64,000 nt of DNA from Fimbriimonadales bacterium. Its GTDB lineage: Bacteria > Armatimonadota > Fimbriimonadia > Fimbriimonadales > JABRVX01. The translations under genes were made by a program, and so were the position numbers. Shown here in pieces: positions 60,842 through 64,000 of the stretch (the stretch's first letter is position 1; each line of letters begins with the position of its first letter). The stretch covers positions 100,920-164,919 of the forward strand of contig BTVI01000001.1 in the NCBI GenBank assembly GCA_045862955.1, written 5' to 3'. A model generated the notes under the pieces. That model searched no databases, had not been told where the DNA came from, and saw only the letters and a list, made by a program, of their open reading frames with translations.

Positions 60842-61221
60842 CAAGACACTCCTCTTAGTACCTGGACAATCGAGTCGTACACTTTGTCGACATTCTCGGT
60901 GGATACCGGCGTGTTGCCCTTCTCCATACCCAGTTCCTGGAGGGTGAAGTGCATCATGCCCACCACTCCCACACTCTCCAAGGTGCGACGCGCGCACTCA
61001 TGCTCGCACCCATCGATTGCGATGATGGAATTGGCGGCCTGAGCTTTCTCCACCATCTCCTCTACCCTGCCACCAATCGCCGCGATGCAGCTCATCGTCG
61101 CCAACCGACGACGCGACAGCTTGCGAGCCACCTGGTCCGTTATTGCGCCGACATCCGACGCACCGGAGCATGCGAATACCAGCGGTAGGCCGTTGCCACC
61201 GCATCCACAACCACCCACCAT
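60841..61221 (-). CDS. DGC-domain putative zinc-binding protein
   Basis: FACSGASDVG, MSCIAAIG, IAIDGCEHEC. Confidence 0.85.
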   Translation of the reverse strand: MVGGCGCGGNGLPLVFACSGASDVGAITDQVARKLSRRRLATMSCIAAIGGRVEEMVEKAQAANSIIAIDGCEHECARRTLESVGVVGMMHFTLQELGMEKGNTPVSTENVDKVYDSIVQVLRGVS

Positions 61222-61460
61222 TACGATTCCCCTTGCAGAAGTTGCTTGATCGCCTCTTTCGACAGGACTTTGCCTGAAGATACGACCTTCCCATCAACGG
61301 CAAGGCCCGGAGTCATCATCACTCCGAGTTGCATGATCTGTCCGATGTCGGTGATCTTCTCTATCTCGTACGACAGGCCCAGTTCCTTCGCAGCCGCCTC
61401 CGCATGCTCTGTTAGCAACTTGCACTTCGGACAGCCAGTGCCCAGAATCTGTAGCTTCAT
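61221..61460 (-). CDS. Small redox-active disulfide protein (MTH895/TM0996-like thioredoxin)
   Basis: MKLQILGTGCPKC, GVMMTPGLAVDG. Confidence 0.9.
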   Translation of the reverse strand: MKLQILGTGCPKCKLLTEHAEAAAKELGLSYEIEKITDIGQIMQLGVMMTPGLAVDGKVVSSGKVLSKEAIKQLLQGES

Positions 61461-61497
61461 AGTTTGCCTCCTATCGTTCTCAATCCGATCGTTACGA

Positions 61498-62823
61498 CTA
61501 AGTCGTGTCTCCGAAGAACGCTCCGAACACGATTCCCGAGACTGTTGCTAACACGATGACCAACGAGACGAACGCAATGGTCTTGCGCGTTCCCATCACG
61601 CTACGTATCACCAGCATATTCGGCAGCGATAATGCGGGACCTGCGAGTAGTAGAGCAAGAGCCGGTCCCTTTCCCATTCCGCTGCCCACCAAGCCTTGAA
61701 CAATGGGTACCTCGGTGAGTGTCGCGAAGTACATGAACGCGCCGGCCACCGACGCGAACAGGTTGGCCCACAGGGAGTTCCCACCCACGGCCGCGGTCAC
61801 CCACTCGGAGGGAATCAGACCTTCGCTTCCGGGGCGCCCCAGCAAGGCTCCGGCGACCAATACGCCTCCTAACAGCAGCGGCATGATCTGCTTTGCGAAG
61901 CCGTAGGACGAGCCGAACCACTCTCTCCCCTCGTCCGAGCCCGTTGCTAACACGATGGAGAGTCCGACCACTCCCGCGGCGAACGGAATCATCGGGACGC
62001 CGGGCACCACGATTGCCAGGATCGCTACCGGCAGCGCGACTAGAACGAGCTTCCACGCCTTCACGTCCATCCACGCTGCCATGACGAGTGCCAGTGCAAC
62101 GGCGCTGAGCGCCGTCAGCCACCACTTCACGCCGTAAACGCTTGCCCAAAACCCAACCTCTTGTTGAGGCTTGGCCCAGTTCGCGAAGACGAGCAGAGCG
62201 ATCATGGATGCGAAGAACAGCACGTTCTTCCATAGAGGGCGAGAGGCTTCGATCTGCGTAGCGTTGGCGGCAGCCGACGCCTTCTCCATCTCCTCGTTGC
62301 GGAAGAAGAAGTGCATGCACACACCGATGACGATGCTGAATACAACGGCCCCTACGGCGCGCGCCACGCCGAGTGGCAATCCCAAGATTCGCGCGGTCAG
62401 GATAATGGCAAGTACGTTGATGGCAGGGCCCGAGTACAGAAATGCCGTAGCCGGTCCCAAGCCCGCACCCATCCGATAGATGCCTGCGAACAGTGGTAGC
62501 ACCGTGCAGGAACACACTGCTAGCACGGTTCCAGAAACGGATGCCACGCCGTAGGATAGCAACTTGTTCGCGCCCGCCCCGAGGTAGCGCATTACAGAAG
62601 CCTGGCTGACGAAGACCGCCATGGCACCGGCGATGAAGAACGCAGGCACGAGGCAGAGCAGCACGTGTTCCTGTGCGTACCACCTTGCCAAGTAGAGCGC
62701 TTCCCACAGGGCGTTCTTGACGCGGTGCGATTGCTGGATCCATTCGATTGGCAGATAGAAGAAGGCGAGAAAGACGCACAGCATGAGAAGAAGAACTCGC
62801 CACTCTTTTCGCCATTCGTACAT
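61498..62823 (-). CDS. ArsP/DUF318-family permease
   Basis: LAVCSCTVLPLF, AFLYSGPAIN, MYFATLTEVPI, LAGPALSLP; polytopic. Confidence 0.88.
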   Translation of the reverse strand: MYEWRKEWRVLLLMLCVFLAFFYLPIEWIQQSHRVKNALWEALYLARWYAQEHVLLCLVPAFFIAGAMAVFVSQASVMRYLGAGANKLLSYGVASVSGTVLAVCSCTVLPLFAGIYRMGAGLGPATAFLYSGPAINVLAIILTARILGLPLGVARAVGAVVFSIVIGVCMHFFFRNEEMEKASAAANATQIEASRPLWKNVLFFASMIALLVFANWAKPQQEVGFWASVYGVKWWLTALSAVALALVMAAWMDVKAWKLVLVALPVAILAIVVPGVPMIPFAAGVVGLSIVLATGSDEGREWFGSSYGFAKQIMPLLLGGVLVAGALLGRPGSEGLIPSEWVTAAVGGNSLWANLFASVAGAFMYFATLTEVPIVQGLVGSGMGKGPALALLLAGPALSLPNMLVIRSVMGTRKTIAFVSLVIVLATVSGIVFGAFFGDTT

Positions 62824-62857
62824 TCGCCCCCCAATCACTCGTCGTTGGTGTTCGCTG

Positions 62858-63205
62858 TCAATCTCTGCGTACTGATCGTGCCGCCATCGCCAGCTCGTAC
62901 CTCTGCCTGGCGGTGGTCTCCAGTACCGCGTCGACGCAGTCCAGAAATCCCTGCAAGCAGGGTACGCGCAGCGAGCAGATCACCTTGGTGCCGACGCGCC
63001 GGTCGGCGACGACGCCCGCTGCCCGCATGACTGAAAGATGTCGCGAGACGGTAGACACGTCGTCCCCCACCATCTCGGTGAGCTCGCACACGCATCGTTC
63101 CCCCTTCGCCAACTCCATTGCGATGAAGAGACGGGTGGGGTGAGCGAGGGCTTTTATCACTGCGGCTTTGGCTTCGAGAACTCCCCAGGTGGTGCGGTCG
63201 GGCAC
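62858..63205 (-). CDS. ArsR/SmtB family transcriptional regulator
   Basis: KALAHPTRL, ERCVCEL, STVSRHLSVM HTH; GTG after AGGAG. Confidence 0.92.
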   Translation of the reverse strand: MPDRTTWGVLEAKAAVIKALAHPTRLFIAMELAKGERCVCELTEMVGDDVSTVSRHLSVMRAAGVVADRRVGTKVICSLRVPCLQGFLDCVDAVLETTARQRYELAMAARSVRRD

Positions 63206-63227
63206 GGTAGCGTCTGCTCCTAACCTC

Positions 63228-63270
63228 TTTGGCTTTTTGCTATTTTAGCCAAATATTCCATATATGGCTA
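63228..63270 (-). promoter_or_regulatory. Sigma70-type promoter with overlapping putative ArsR operator
   Basis: Minus strand TAGCCA-17 nt-TAAAAT; inverted repeats TAGCCAAATAT-tcc-ATATATGGCTA and TTTGGCT-N12-AGCCAAA in an AT-rich patch. Confidence 0.7.
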
Positions 63271-63644
63271 CCTCGGCGGGCCCTTCGGCCCTATCGCAGA
63301 GGGCATGCGGAGGTCGCGGCGGACCCAACAAGCACGTTGCATGGCCGTGAAGACCGCATCTGCAGAGTACCGATGCATCGAGACCGTCCCCCATCGGTTT
63401 GGTACATGGTGGGTCCCCTATGCCCCGGCCCGCGTCCGCCGACTTCCTCCACCCCACCACACAGCACCAACCCAAGGACCGCGCCGGGGCATAAACATGG
63501 TGCCGACCCCGCCCCGGTGCTGCGTAGAGAAGCTGTCGAAGCCGGCCCTTTCTCTCGCCATCACCCAACTGACCACATCGCCGTGTCTCGGCCAGGTCCG
63601 TCGGCACCTGCATCTCCGATCCCTCCGGCGGCAGGTTTAGGGCT

Positions 63645-64000
63645 CGAGACCTCGCAACGCTAACACCTAACACCCTTCCCCATCACGCCCCTACCCGTCA
63701 TACCTCCTACCCGTCATGCACCTAACCGTCGTACCCCTGCCCGTCACACCGCCTCCCCGCCACACCCCCTACCCACCACACCCCTACCCGTCATGCTGAG
63801 CCTGTCGAAGCATGCAACAGCAAGCTGCAAGCGTTGCATCGGAAGCCGCCACCATGCGGAAGGCGAGGTCATGCTTCGACAAGCTCAGCATGACGAGGTT
63901 GAGCGCGACCAGGGCCAGCATGCACAAGCTCAGCGTGACAAAGCTCAGCTCCAACCTAGACCGACAAGCTATAACATCGGACTCCTTAGGGGCGTCATAC
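63645..64000. repeat. Fourth composite CGTC-tagged element (continues past the window end)
   Basis: 107-bp core at 63789-63895; about 63735-64000 is nearly identical to about 36378-36643. Confidence 0.9.

Noticed and set aside
59667..63205. Selenocysteine recoding in the thiol-rich cluster
   Set aside because: Redox motifs are encoded by Cys codons, and the TGA stops of the DGC and ArsF-like genes overlap downstream ATGs as normal coupled stops.
63271..63645. ORFs 63229..63663, 63245..63673 and 63305..63640
   Set aside because: No recognisable motifs or SD; two overlap the arsR promoter and the repeat flank. Left unannotated.

Overview
GC-rich bacterial chromosomal segment. PEP-CTERM, FlgD-Ig-tailed and dockerin-like-tailed secreted proteins suggest an Armatimonadota-like organism (inference only). 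No rRNA, tRNA, CRISPR array or intact mobile element was recognised. Left to right: an operon of large exported proteins (S8 peptidase, CsgG/FlgT-like protein, 1.9-kaa PD40/Ig protein); housekeeping and metabolic genes (coaE, rpsA, pdp, pspA, acnA, tnaA, sod, dut, msrA, lemA); two secreted proteins with a shared dockerin-like tail; nrfHA with a CRP/FNR-type box at -41.5; a family-B DNA polymerase; an M16 peptidase pair; two paralogous Ig lipoproteins; an acyl-CoA dehydrogenase/FixCX/ETF operon; and an ArsR-controlled permease/thioredoxin/ArsF/ArsG-like cluster. The most unusual signal is non-coding. Four copies of a 107-bp CGTC-tagged palindromic element carry outward-extending, degenerate 15-nt tandem arrays built from their own termini and shuffled between copies. 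The main cluster sits next to polB and a possible RAYT-like remnant. A second repeat family has one copy inserted in frame inside a glycoside hydrolase gene, and a candidate structured RNA leader lies at 26.4 kb.
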